Below, one piece after another: positions 9,777 to 19,677 of a DNA stretch of 64,000 nucleotides (its first letter is position 1; each line of letters opens with the position of its first letter). A program made the translations under genes and the position numbers. The stretch is taken from assembly GCA_964574445.1 (NCBI GenBank), contig CAZNNQ010000001.1, forward strand, positions 18,446 to 82,445, read 5' to 3'. Origin of the DNA: an uncultured Eubacteriales bacterium (GTDB lineage: Bacteria > Bacillota > Peptococcia > Peptococcales > SKKY01). The notes under the pieces were generated by a model that saw nothing but the letters and a program-made list of their open reading frames with translations, did not search any database and was not told the DNA's origin.

Positions 9777-10976
9777 TTAATTCTCCTCTGTATTCTTATT
9801 TCCTTCTTTAAGTGTTACTTTTTCAGGTATTATATCAACTACTTCAATATTTGCTGGTTTCTCTACAATTACTTCAAACTCTTGAGTACTGTTTGTGTAA
9901 TTCGATGCATCTACGTAAACAACTAAATCTTCTAATAAGAAATCTCTAAATTCCAATTCCTCACCTTTTAATACGATAGCAACTATTTCATTACTTGGAA
10001 CCAATACTTTTCCATTTGGAGCATATTTTACTTCTATTGATTTCTGAACTCTTTTCTCAACTATATTTTTTTCAAAAAGCACTACAACCTTAAGGTTTCC
10101 CTGATGTAGAGACTTAATATTTCCCGGAATATTAAGATTAACTTCTCTTAACATTTCACTATTATGATTAGTAACATCAACTGGGGTAGTACGGATTTCT
10201 CTTATATTATCAAGAACTTCAACTGCTCCACTAATTCTAACTATTTCTGGTTCCACTACAACTCTGGATATTTTATATCCATAAGCGGGAAGTCCAGTTA
10301 TAGGAACTACCACTGGAACAGATTTACTTGGATTATCTTCTATAACTGGTATAAAAACATCAACAAGTTCAGGTTTAATTTCAAGAATATCAACATCAAA
10401 ATCTTCACTTATACCTTTGATTCTGGGGATCACCTTTAATGATAGATTTGATTCAGCATTATCAATATTTACATCAATTTCAGCGAAAGTAATCTCTTCT
10501 AAGACTTGTTCCGGGCCGCTTACTGAAATATGTGTGCTTTGCAAACTTGGCTCAAAAGCAGTAAAGCCTTCAATAGGTGTTCCGGAAAGATTAACTTTTA
10601 ATGGAACTTGTTTCTCCCCTTTGTCGTCTATATCAACAAAGATGTTTTCAGGAGAAACTGATACAAGTCTTACCCCTGGTGGAACTTCAACTTTTACTGG
10701 ATATTCATTTTCTCCTTTTTCCGCTATGCTAAGGTCTGCAACAACAGAAAAATCAGAAACTTTAAGGTTATTAACTGCTGTTTGATCTCCTCGAACACTT
10801 ATATTCACTGTTGGAGTTTTAGATGAAGGAATTAATGTTTCTTCAAGATTTACAAATTGAACATCCACAGTAATCGTTCTTTCTTGAAAAATATTTTCTT
10901 CAGCAACCACATATACCCAAAGAGATATCGCTATTAATAAAGACATCACTTGATATATTTTTTTTGAGGATTTCAC
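9777..10976 (-). CDS. cdaR: YbbR-domain regulator of diadenylate cyclase
   Basis: 399 aa with an N-terminal TM segment and repeated YbbR-like domains. Sits between cdaA and glmM (conserved cdaA-cdaR-glmM module). Confidence 0.85.
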   Translation of the reverse strand: MKSSKKIYQVMSLLIAISLWVYVVAEENIFQERTITVDVQFVNLEETLIPSSKTPTVNISVRGDQTAVNNLKVSDFSVVADLSIAEKGENEYPVKVEVPPGVRLVSVSPENIFVDIDDKGEKQVPLKVNLSGTPIEGFTAFEPSLQSTHISVSGPEQVLEEITFAEIDVNIDNAESNLSLKVIPRIKGISEDFDVDILEIKPELVDVFIPVIEDNPSKSVPVVVPITGLPAYGYKISRVVVEPEIVRISGAVEVLDNIREIRTTPVDVTNHNSEMLREVNLNIPGNIKSLHQGNLKVVVLFEKNIVEKRVQKSIEVKYAPNGKVLVPSNEIVAIVLKGEELEFRDFLLEDLVVYVDASNYTNSTQEFEVIVEKPANIEVVDIIPEKVTLKEGNKNTEEN

Positions 10977-11794
10977 TTTTTAAACCTCCAGGGAAAATAA
11001 TCTTTGACACCTTGATTGGTTTCAGTCTGGATTTTTTCAAGAAGATATTTTTTTAATTCATTTTCATTATAGTTTCTTTTTAATACGCCATCTTCCGCTG
11101 TTGATATTGTGCCTGTTTCTTCTGAAACGGCTATCACAATTGCATCAGAGTTTTCGGAAAGACCAATTGCTGCTCTGTGTCTTGTTCCTAAGTCTTTACT
11201 AATACTTGCATTAGTTGAAAGAGGAAGAAAGCATCCAGCAGCTTGAATTCTACTTTGTCTTATAATCACAGCACCATCGTGTAAAGGAGTGTTTGGATAA
11301 AATATGTTTTTTAATAATTCCTTCGTAAGTTTTGCTTCCAGTACTGTTCCTGTTTCAATAATATCGGCCAAGCCTATTTTTCTTTCAATAACCATCAAAG
11401 CACCAGTCTTTTTTGCTGAAAGGTCAGTTGCTGCTCCAACTATGTTATCAATTGTTTCTTCGGCACTTTTATCTTCCCAAAAATTTACAGAACTAATAAA
11501 GCCACCACGGCCAATTTTTTCAAGCATTCTTCTTAATTCTGGTTGAAAGACAATTGGAAGTGCAACTAACAATATGGTTTGTGCTCTTTGCAAAATCCAG
11601 TTAATCATACTTAAACCTAAATATTTACTTATACCAGTTGCAAAAAGTAATACTATCAGCCCTTTTAATAATTGTTCCGCACGGGTATCTTTAATAAGCA
11701 TGAATATTTTATAAATAAAAAATGCTACAATAATTATATCTATTAAACTAATAAAGGACACTATGCCTAATAATCTTTCAACCAAAATCTCCAC
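10973..11794 (-). CDS. cdaA: Diadenylate cyclase CdaA (c-di-AMP synthase)
   Basis: 273 aa; 3 N-terminal TM segments plus a DAC domain (TPLHDGAVII, GTRHRAAIGLSE, AVSEETG). Confidence 0.95.
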   Translation of the reverse strand: MEILVERLLGIVSFISLIDIIIVAFFIYKIFMLIKDTRAEQLLKGLIVLLFATGISKYLGLSMINWILQRAQTILLVALPIVFQPELRRMLEKIGRGGFISSVNFWEDKSAEETIDNIVGAATDLSAKKTGALMVIERKIGLADIIETGTVLEAKLTKELLKNIFYPNTPLHDGAVIIRQSRIQAAGCFLPLSTNASISKDLGTRHRAAIGLSENSDAIVIAVSEETGTISTAEDGVLKRNYNENELKKYLLEKIQTETNQGVKDYFPWRFKK

Positions 11795-11900
11795 CGTCCA
11801 AATTAAAATATATTATTAATCACTGTATTATATCAAAATTACCACAAATTTGATAGAATATAACAATAGCTTAAAATAAATTTACAAACAGGAGGATATT

Positions 11901-12620
11901 ATGAAAAAAAGTATATTTAAATTAACAATTATTACAATTTTATCTGGTTTTTTCTTTGTTTCTGTATATAATTATCAATTAATTTCAAATATAAAAAGTA
12001 ATCCTCAAAAAAACAGCTCTCTTGTTAGAATCATAGAAAATCTTGAAGAGGAAATAGTTCAAGACCAAGAACGCCTCAATGAAACAAGAGCAAGAATAGA
12101 AAACATTGAAATATTAATCTCTGATGATCAAAAAAAGATTCAGAATTTACAAAATGAACTAAACTCACAAAAGAAAGCTGCTGGCTTAGTACCTTTAAAG
12201 GGAATTGGAATTAAAGTAGTTCTAGATGATAATAAGGCAGGTCTAACAGATAATCCTGAAGATAATCCTAACGATTATATCGTTCATTATGAAAGCTTAC
12301 TAGCTCTTGTTGAAGAGCTAAAACGGGGAGGCGCTGAAGCAATCTCAATTAATGAACAAAGATTAATAACAACTTCAGATATACGTTGTGTAGGTAATGT
12401 TATTCTTGTTAATACAGCCCGAATTGCTCCACCCTTTGAAATTTCAGCAATAGGAAATCCATTGCTTTTAGAAAAATATATACTAAACTCTGGTGAATAT
12501 GAATTTTTACAAACTTCAGAAATTCCTGTTACCTATGAGGTTTTTGCTGAGGGCAACACAATAACCATTCCAAGTTACAAAAGCAACATAACCTTCAGAC
12601 ATACTCAATTAGCGAACTAA
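11901..12620 (+). CDS. DUF881 family division-associated membrane protein (YlxX/YlxW-like)
   Basis: 239 aa; N-terminal TM, coiled coil, C-terminal DUF881-type region (LKGIGIKVVLDD...GAEAISINEQR). Confidence 0.75.
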   Translation: MKKSIFKLTIITILSGFFFVSVYNYQLISNIKSNPQKNSSLVRIIENLEEEIVQDQERLNETRARIENIEILISDDQKKIQNLQNELNSQKKAAGLVPLKGIGIKVVLDDNKAGLTDNPEDNPNDYIVHYESLLALVEELKRGGAEAISINEQRLITTSDIRCVGNVILVNTARIAPPFEISAIGNPLLLEKYILNSGEYEFLQTSEIPVTYEVFAEGNTITIPSYKSNITFRHTQLAN

Positions 12621-12627
12621 ACAAGGA

Positions 12628-13002
12628 GTGTTAACTATGTGGTTCTTACCATTTCTAGGTCTTTTTGCCGGAGCGGCTCTTGGCTATTTATTAAATATTG
12701 AAATTCCGGCTCATCTAGTAAAATATTTTTCGGTTGCCTTTCTGGCAGCTCTTGATACAATTTTTGGAAGTATAAAAAGCATACAAAATGGAACCTTTCA
12801 AGGAATCTTTTTAATAACTGGCTTTTTCACCAATATGCTAGTTGCTGGTTTTTTTGCATATATAGGGGACAGTATTGGCGTGGATCTTTATCTTGCTGCT
12901 GTTTTTGCCTTTGGTGTAAGAATATTTAGTAATATCTCCAAAATAAGACACAATTTAATTTCAAAATATTTTAAAATAAATCAGGATGATAATAATGAAT
13001 AA
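12628..13002 (+). CDS. sbp: Small basic protein Sbp (DUF1290)
   Basis: 124 aa multi-TM protein flanked by two DUF881 genes, as in B. subtilis ylxX-sbp-ylxW. Confidence 0.8.
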   Translation: MLTMWFLPFLGLFAGAALGYLLNIEIPAHLVKYFSVAFLAALDTIFGSIKSIQNGTFQGIFLITGFFTNMLVAGFFAYIGDSIGVDLYLAAVFAFGVRIFSNISKIRHNLISKYFKINQDDNNE

Positions 13003-13672
13003 AAAACAAATTATATTGACAATAATTTTATTCTTTTTTGGTATTCTAACCACAACACAATACCGCTCCCATGTTAATTCTTATAACTCTCTTGAGAATC
13101 AGGAACAAGAGTACCTAGCAGCTATGGCTAGAGAGCTTACAACAAAAAAGAGACTTATAGATAGTGAAATTACAGATTTAGAAAGAAGAATGTACGAACT
13201 GGAAAATTCTAATAATTCCAGCAGGGTAATTATTGACAACCTTACTCTTGAAATTAATAATTTACAAAAAATAAATGGAACTATTCCTGTCAAAGGTCCT
13301 GGAATAATAATTAATATTGATGGAAATTCACCTATTATTTATACCGATTTGGTAAAAATCATTAATGAACTATGGAATTCTGGAGCAGAAGCTATTAGTG
13401 TAAATAATTTTAGACTAAATTCTAGATCATATTTTTACCAATCTGAAGAAACCTATCAAATGACAATTGATAATAATCTTCTTGAACCACCCTATATTAT
13501 TCATGCTATTGGTGATTCAGTAGTTCTTAAAACAGGAATTGAACTTCCAGGAGGAATTATAGATAATTTGGGAATATATGGAATCTACCCAGATATTCAA
13601 TTAGCAGAGGAACTCACACTCCCCGGAACTCAGGATGTACCAACATATTCATATGCTTATGTTGCAAATTAA
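12986..13672 (+). CDS. DUF881 family protein (second copy)
   Basis: 228 aa; VKGPGIIINIDG...GAEAISVNNFR. The true start may be ATG at 12995 (MNKKQ) after AGGA. Confidence 0.75.
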   Translation: MIIMNKKQIILTIILFFFGILTTTQYRSHVNSYNSLENQEQEYLAAMARELTTKKRLIDSEITDLERRMYELENSNNSSRVIIDNLTLEINNLQKINGTIPVKGPGIIINIDGNSPIIYTDLVKIINELWNSGAEAISVNNFRLNSRSYFYQSEETYQMTIDNNLLEPPYIIHAIGDSVVLKTGIELPGGIIDNLGIYGIYPDIQLAEELTLPGTQDVPTYSYAYVAN

Positions 13673-13713
13673 AAAGAGTGAAAATACAAAAATTGTATTT
13701 TCACTCTTTTTTT
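13671..13713. terminator. Bidirectional terminator between convergent DUF881 gene and leuB
   Basis: Near-perfect ~19-bp inverted repeat AAAAAGAGTGAAAATACAA/TTGTATTTTCACTCTTTTT filling the gap between the two stop codons. A/T runs on both sides. Confidence 0.85.
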
Positions 13714-14761
13714 ATATCTCTTCACATACTAATCTGGTAAATTCTTTTGTTCCTACTCTTTTACTATCTTTTCTTGCAATATCCCCAGTCGCATAACCTT
13801 TAGATAGAACTTTTTCAATAGCATTCTCAATAGCTTTAGCAGCATCATCTTCATCAAAAGAATTTCTTAACATCATTGCCGCAGATAAGATTGTTGCAAT
13901 TGGATTAGCCTTATCCTGCCCAGCAATATCTGGAGCTGAACCATGAGCAGGCTCATAAAGATTAATTTTACCTCCAAGACTTGCAGATGGAAGCATTCCC
14001 AAAGAACCAGCTATACTTGCTGCTTCATCAGACAAAATATCACCAAACATGTTCTCAGTTACTATGACATCAAATTGTTTTGGGTTGATTATAAGTTGAA
14101 TTGAAGCATTATCCACATAAAGATGCTCCACTTTTACTTCAGGATAATCCTTCCATACTTCTTCAACTACTTCTCTCCAAAGTCTTGAAGTTTCTAACAC
14201 ATTTGCTTTATCAATTGAATGAATCAATTTTTTTCTTTTCATTGCTGCTTCGAAGGCTTCAACTACTATTCTTCTAATCTCATCCTTTGAGTAAGAAATT
14301 GTATCATAAGCTTCATCACCATTTCTGCCTTTTTCACCAAAATAGGCTCCTCCAGTGAGCTCTCTTAAAATCACAAGATCTACACCCTCAAGATATTCCG
14401 GTTTCCAAGCAACCATGTCCGCAAGAACTGAATAATATTTTACTGGTCTTACATTACAATAAAGTCCCAATTTTTTTCTTATCTCAAGAAGGGCCGTTTC
14501 TGGTCTCATATTTCTCTCAACATTATCCCATTTAGGACCTCCAACTGATCCTAAAAGAATTGCATCTGATCTTTGAACTATTTCCCAAGTTTCCTCAGGA
14601 AATGGTTTTCCATATTTATCATATCCACTTCCACCGAAAAATGCTTCCTCATATGAAATTTCAAATTCAAATTTATCTGCTACTTTATTTAGAACCTCAA
14701 TTGCTGAATTTACAATTTCAGTCCCTATTCCATCCCCAGGTAACACTGCTATTTTATACAA
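13712..14761 (-). CDS. leuB: 3-isopropylmalate dehydrogenase
   Basis: 349 aa; MYKIAVLPGDGIG, NMFGDILSDEA, GSAPDIAG. Confidence 0.97.
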   Translation of the reverse strand: MYKIAVLPGDGIGTEIVNSAIEVLNKVADKFEFEISYEEAFFGGSGYDKYGKPFPEETWEIVQRSDAILLGSVGGPKWDNVERNMRPETALLEIRKKLGLYCNVRPVKYYSVLADMVAWKPEYLEGVDLVILRELTGGAYFGEKGRNGDEAYDTISYSKDEIRRIVVEAFEAAMKRKKLIHSIDKANVLETSRLWREVVEEVWKDYPEVKVEHLYVDNASIQLIINPKQFDVIVTENMFGDILSDEAASIAGSLGMLPSASLGGKINLYEPAHGSAPDIAGQDKANPIATILSAAMMLRNSFDEDDAAKAIENAIEKVLSKGYATGDIARKDSKRVGTKEFTRLVCEEI

Positions 14762-15256
14762 CTACTTCACCTGGCCTTTCACATAATTTAAAAGATTACC
14801 TTTTGCAATTATTTCTTTAATAAACTCTGGGAAAACTTCTGTTTTGTAGGTTTTACCCTTCGTCACGTTAACAAGTTCTCCTTTATTAACATCTATTTTT
14901 AGCTCATCACCATGTTCAATCTCATCAACAGCATCTGGTGCTGTAACAATAGGCAATCCTATATTTATAGCATTTCTATAAAAAATACGAGCGAAACTTT
15001 TTGCTACCACTACACTTACCCCGGCAGCCTTTATTGCTATTGGAGCATGTTCCCTTGAACTTCCACACCCAAAATTTTTACCAGCAACCAAAATGTCTCC
15101 TGGATTTATAACATTGGCAAAATCTTCAATAACATTTTCTAAACAATGCTTTCTCATATTTTCATCACTAGAATCATTTAAATATTTAGCTGCAATTATT
15201 AAATCAGTATCAACATCATTTCCAACTTTCCATGCCTTACCCTGATAATTAGTCAT
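14762..15256 (-). CDS. leuD: 3-isopropylmalate dehydratase small subunit
   Basis: 164 aa aconitase swivel domain (GKNFGCGSSREHA), downstream of leuC. Confidence 0.95.
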   Translation of the reverse strand: MTNYQGKAWKVGNDVDTDLIIAAKYLNDSSDENMRKHCLENVIEDFANVINPGDILVAGKNFGCGSSREHAPIAIKAAGVSVVVAKSFARIFYRNAINIGLPIVTAPDAVDEIEHGDELKIDVNKGELVNVTKGKTYKTEVFPEFIKEIIAKGNLLNYVKGQVK

Positions 15257-16525
15257 TTATTTTACCTCCTCAGGTGAACTGATCTTTCCTGTGATAGCAG
15301 AAGCTGCAGCTATAGCAGGACTAGCAAGATATACTTCACTTTCAACATGTCCCATTCTTCCAACAAAGTTTCTATTTGTTGTTGAAATAGCTCTTTCACC
15401 CTTTGCAAGTATACCCATGTAACCACCTAAGCAAGGTCCGCAAGTAGGGGTGCTGAAAACACCACCTGCATCAATAATTATGTCAACAATACCTTTTTTT
15501 ATACATTCCTTATATATTTCTTGAGTTCCTGGAATAACTATTAGTCTAACGTGTGGAGCAGCTTTTTTACCCTTTAAAATATTTGCTGCAATCTCCATAT
15601 CTTCCATTCTTCCATTTGTACATGAACCAATTACAGACTGGTCAATTCTGATATCTTCTTTAATATCATATATTGATTTTGTGTTAGATGGAAGGTGGGG
15701 AAAAGCTACCTGTGGAGTAAGTTCTGCAAGGTCAATTTCTACTTCCATTGAATAAACAGCATCAGAATCACTTTCATATCTTGTATATTCTTCTTTAAAT
15801 CTGTCCTTAATATATTCCTTTGTTAGTTCATCGACAGGAAAGATACCATTTTTTGCACCAGCTTCAATTGCCATATTTGCAATAGTCTGACGTCCGTCCA
15901 TAGTAATATATTGAAGTCCATCTCCGGTAAATTCAAGAGCCTGGTAACGAGCTCCATCAACACCAATTTTACCAATAAGATAAAGAATAACGTCTTTACC
16001 TGAAACCCATGGATCTTTTGGTTTATTTTTTACAATAACTTTAATGGATTCTGGAACTCTAAGCCAAATCTCACCTGTAGCCATTGCTGCAGCGACATCT
16101 GTGCTGCCAACTCCTGTTGAAAAGGCTCCTAGTGCACCATAAGTACAGGTATGGGAATCCGCACCAATAATAAGCTGTCCAGGTCCAACGATTCCTTGTT
16201 CAGGAAGCAAACAGTGTTCCACTCCCATTCTACCAACTTCAAAATAATGGGTCAGATCTTGTTCATTAGCAAATTCTCTTAATTCTTTACATTGTTGAGC
16301 TGATTGAATGTCTTTGTTTGGAGCAAAATGATCTGGAACCATTACCACTTTATTCTTATCAAAAACTTTCTCAGTTTCTAATTTTCTGAACTCTCTTATT
16401 GCTACGGGACCAGTAATATCATTGCTTAAAACAATGTCCGTTTTTGCAACTATTAAATCCCCTGGCTTTACTGATTCAAGACCTGCATGAGCAGCAAGAA
16501 TCTTTTCAGTCATAGTCATTCCCAT
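15257..16525 (-). CDS. leuC: 3-isopropylmalate dehydratase large subunit
   Basis: 422 aa; aconitase-family motifs [20 protein letters not shown]. Confidence 0.95.
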   Translation of the reverse strand: MGMTMTEKILAAHAGLESVKPGDLIVAKTDIVLSNDITGPVAIREFRKLETEKVFDKNKVVMVPDHFAPNKDIQSAQQCKELREFANEQDLTHYFEVGRMGVEHCLLPEQGIVGPGQLIIGADSHTCTYGALGAFSTGVGSTDVAAAMATGEIWLRVPESIKVIVKNKPKDPWVSGKDVILYLIGKIGVDGARYQALEFTGDGLQYITMDGRQTIANMAIEAGAKNGIFPVDELTKEYIKDRFKEEYTRYESDSDAVYSMEVEIDLAELTPQVAFPHLPSNTKSIYDIKEDIRIDQSVIGSCTNGRMEDMEIAANILKGKKAAPHVRLIVIPGTQEIYKECIKKGIVDIIIDAGGVFSTPTCGPCLGGYMGILAKGERAISTTNRNFVGRMGHVESEVYLASPAIAAASAITGKISSPEEVK

Positions 16526-16540
16526 ATTGTCACATCCTTA

Positions 16541-18064
16541 TTAACTATATTTTTTTTCATAATTTAAGGCTTTGTTAATCCCATTTACATAAGAACGAGC
16601 ACTAGCTTCAATTATGTCAACACTTACACCTTTTCCAATAAATACTCTTCCTTTATAACGAACTTTTGTTAATACCTCACCTTGAGCGTCTTTTCCTGAT
16701 GTTACTGAATTAATTTTATAATCTTCAAGAACAAATTCTCCACTAACAATTGCATTAATAGCTTTGTATATAGCTTCTATTGGACCTTTACCTGGTTCAG
16801 CTTTTTCAATTAACACGTCATTAATTTTCAAGCCTACAGTTGCGGTTGCAGAAATATTTGTCCCCGAAGAAACATGCAAATATTTAAATTTATAAATTTC
16901 ATCTTCTTTTAGTATTTCTTCATCAACAAGGGCTATAAGATCCTCATCTAAAATTTCTTTTTTCTTATCACATAAATCTTTAAACTTTGCAAAGAGATCA
17001 TTCAATCTGTCTCCCTCTATTTCATAGCCTAGCTCTTGTAGTTTTGATTTAAAACCATTTCTACCAGAATGTTTTCCTAGAACCAGAGTATTAATTGGAA
17101 CACCAATCATATCTGGATTCATAATTTCATAGGTTTCCCTGTTTTTCAACATTCCATCTTGATGTATTCCAGATTCATGAGCAAAAGCATTCTTACCAAC
17201 AATAGCTTTATTAGGAGGAATAGCAATACCAGTAAGTCTACTTACTAAATTACTGGATCTGTATATTTCTTCTTTAATGATATTAGTATCTTTTTTATAG
17301 TAATCCTGTCTTGTGTATAAGGCCATTACCAATTCTTCCATAGAAGCATTTCCGGCTCTTTCTCCAAGACCATTAACCGTTGACTCCACCTGAGTAGCGC
17401 CATTTTCAATTGCTGCAAGGGAATTTGCTACCGCAAGCCCTAAATCATTATGACAGTGTACACTTATTCTCACCTTATTAATATTAGAAGTACCTTCTTT
17501 TATACTTCTTATGAATGAACCATATTCTTTTGGTGTCGCATAACCAACAGTATCCGGAATATTTATTGTTGTTGCTCCAGCCTCGATAACCTTTTCAAAC
17601 AATTCACAGAGAAAAGGAACTTCGCTTCTAAAAGCATCTTCTGCTGAAAACTCTACATTATCTAAATATTTTTTAGCATGAGAAACAGCTTTAACTGCTT
17701 GTTCTATAACTTCTTCTGGCTCCATCTTTAACTTGTATTTCATGTGAATTGGACTTGTTGCTATAAAAGTATGGATTCTTGGCTTTTTTGCATACTTTAT
17801 TGCTTCCCAACATCTATCAATATCTGCAAAATTTGCTCTGCTTAGGCCCGCAACTTCTGCATTTTTTACAACTTCCGCAACTGCTTTAACAGACTCAAAA
17901 TCTCCTGGGGATGCCATAGGGAAGCCTGCTTCTATACAGTCTACTCCCAACTTATCAAGCTGCTTTGCAATAATTATCTTTTCTTTAATATTTAAACTTA
18001 CTCCCGGAGTCTGTTCTCCATCTCGTAAAGTCGTATCAAAAATATATATTTTATTATCCACCAA
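16541..18064 (-). CDS. leuA: 2-isopropylmalate synthase
   Basis: [24 protein letters not shown]-terminal LeuA dimerisation/regulatory domain. The ORF track begins at 18097. AGGAGG (18076-18071) then 6 nt then TTG at 18064 is the better start. Confidence 0.93.
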   Translation of the reverse strand: MVDNKIYIFDTTLRDGEQTPGVSLNIKEKIIIAKQLDKLGVDCIEAGFPMASPGDFESVKAVAEVVKNAEVAGLSRANFADIDRCWEAIKYAKKPRIHTFIATSPIHMKYKLKMEPEEVIEQAVKAVSHAKKYLDNVEFSAEDAFRSEVPFLCELFEKVIEAGATTINIPDTVGYATPKEYGSFIRSIKEGTSNINKVRISVHCHNDLGLAVANSLAAIENGATQVESTVNGLGERAGNASMEELVMALYTRQDYYKKDTNIIKEEIYRSSNLVSRLTGIAIPPNKAIVGKNAFAHESGIHQDGMLKNRETYEIMNPDMIGVPINTLVLGKHSGRNGFKSKLQELGYEIEGDRLNDLFAKFKDLCDKKKEILDEDLIALVDEEILKEDEIYKFKYLHVSSGTNISATATVGLKINDVLIEKAEPGKGPIEAIYKAINAIVSGEFVLEDYKINSVTSGKDAQGEVLTKVRYKGRVFIGKGVSVDIIEASARSYVNGINKALNYEKKYS

Positions 18065-18082
18065 AACCAACCTCCTGTTTGA

Positions 18083-18114
18083 AAAATAACGGGACAATAT
18101 TGTCCCGTTATTTT
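18083..18114 (-). other. Perfect 32-nt palindrome (intercistronic stem-loop) between ilvC and leuA
   Basis: AAAATAACGGGACAATATTGTCCCGTTATTTT with GC core ACGGGACA/TGTCCCGT, followed on the minus strand by TTATTTTT. Lies between the ilvC stop (18133) and the leuA RBS. Confidence 0.8.
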
Positions 18115-18132
18115 GTCATATTATTTAAGTAC

Positions 18133-19125
18133 TTATTTTTTTAACCAGGACATTTGATTTCTGAGGTTTCTACCTACTTCTTCAATTAAATGATTATCAT
18201 CAATTCTTTTTAATGCATTATATTTTGGTCTTTTTGCAATATTGTCAAGAAGCCATTCTTTTGCAAATACTCCTGTTTGAATATCTTTTAAAACTGCTTT
18301 CATTTCTTTTCTTACATCTTCATTTATTAATCTCTTTCCTACAATTAAGTCTCCGAATTCTGCAGTATCACTGATTGAATAACGCATGTTAGCAATTCCA
18401 CCTTCATACATTAAATCAACAATAAGCTTCATTTCATGAAGACATTCGAAATAAGCGATTTCTGGCTGGTAACCAGCTTCAACTAAAGTATCAAATCCAG
18501 CTCTTACCAACTCTGTCATACCACCACAAAGAACTGCTTGTTCACCAAACAAATCAGTTTCAGTTTCTTCTGCAAATGTTGTTTCTATTAAACCAGAACG
18601 AGTACATCCAACGCCTTTACCGAAAGCTAAAGCTCTCTTTTGACAATTTCCAGTTGCATCTTGCTCAATTGCAATTAGTCCTGGAACAGCTTGACCTTCA
18701 ACATAAAGTCTTCTTACCATATGACCAGGTCCTTTAGGAGCAATCATAAATACATCTACATCTTCTGGAGGATTAATTTGTTTAAAATGAATATTAAATC
18801 CATGAGAGAATGATAAAGCATCCCCCGCCTTTAAATTAGGCTTGATATCTTTTTCATAAACATCACCTTGGTACTCATCTGGAAGAAGGACATGAATAAT
18901 ATCCGCTTTAGCACAAGCTTCAGCTATTGAGTATACTTCTAAACCATCTTCTTTAGCCTGAGCAACAAATTTAGAACTAGGTCTTAAACCAACAATTACA
19001 TTAAGTCCACTGTCCTTCATATTTTGTGCTTGAGCGTGGCCCTGACTACCATATCCTAAAACAGCGATAGTTTGACCTTTTAAATCTTCCATATTTGCAT
19101 CATTGTCATAATAAATTTTTAACAT
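18133..19125 (-). CDS. ilvC: Ketol-acid reductoisomerase
   Basis: 330 aa class I KARI ([21 protein letters not shown]-like motifs). Confidence 0.97.
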   Translation of the reverse strand: MLKIYYDNDANMEDLKGQTIAVLGYGSQGHAQAQNMKDSGLNVIVGLRPSSKFVAQAKEDGLEVYSIAEACAKADIIHVLLPDEYQGDVYEKDIKPNLKAGDALSFSHGFNIHFKQINPPEDVDVFMIAPKGPGHMVRRLYVEGQAVPGLIAIEQDATGNCQKRALAFGKGVGCTRSGLIETTFAEETETDLFGEQAVLCGGMTELVRAGFDTLVEAGYQPEIAYFECLHEMKLIVDLMYEGGIANMRYSISDTAEFGDLIVGKRLINEDVRKEMKAVLKDIQTGVFAKEWLLDNIAKRPKYNALKRIDDNHLIEEVGRNLRNQMSWLKK

Positions 19126-19167
19126 TGAATTGCCTCCTTATAATATATAAATAAAAATTTTTAAATT

Positions 19168-19677
19168 TTATCTTTCTTTTTGACCTCTAACCATAGAAAT
19201 AGATCCAGTTCTTGAAAACTCAATTATTCCAAATGGTTTAAAAGTATCAATCATTGCTTTAATTTTTGTCTCATCACCTGTTGCTTCAATGATCAATGAC
19301 TTACGACCTATGTCCAGAATTCTTGCTCTGAAAATATTTGCAAGTTCAACTATCTCAACTCTGGTTCCAGTTTCAACAGATACTTTTATTAAAAGAAGTT
19401 GACGGGCAACTGTTTCTTTTCCAGTAATATCTGTTACTTTTAGAACATCTACCATCTTATTGAGCTGTTTGGCAACCTGTTCTATCACCTTATCATCCCC
19501 GGCTACTACTATAGTTAGTCTGGAAATTACAGGATCTTCTGTTTCACTAGCAATCAAGCTAATGATATTGTATCCTCTCCTTGAAAAGAGGCTTGTAACT
19601 TTTGTAAGTACACCTGGACTGTTTTCTACCATTACAACAAGAGTGTGTATTCTACTATTTTCCGTCATTATTTGCAC
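19168..19677 (-). CDS. ilvN: Acetolactate synthase small (regulatory) subunit
   Basis: 169 aa ACT domain (HTLVVMVENSPGVLTKVTSLFSRRGYNI); overlaps the ilvB stop. Confidence 0.93.
   Translation of the reverse strand: MQIMTENSRIHTLVVMVENSPGVLTKVTSLFSRRGYNIISLIASETEDPVISRLTIVVAGDDKVIEQVAKQLNKMVDVLKVTDITGKETVARQLLLIKVSVETGTRVEIVELANIFRARILDIGRKSLIIEATGDETKIKAMIDTFKPFGIIEFSRTGSISMVRGQKER

Noticed and set aside
10417-10785. Long antisense ORFs opposite well-conserved genes, for example 10417-10785 (+, 122 aa), 53869-54240 (+, 123 aa), 4402-4725 (+, 107 aa), 43535-43837 (+, 100 aa) and 2931-3215 (+, 94 aa).
   Set aside because: Each lies entirely within a confidently identified gene on the other strand. 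They have low-complexity or odd composition, no RBS and no recognisable family. They are typical shadow ORFs.
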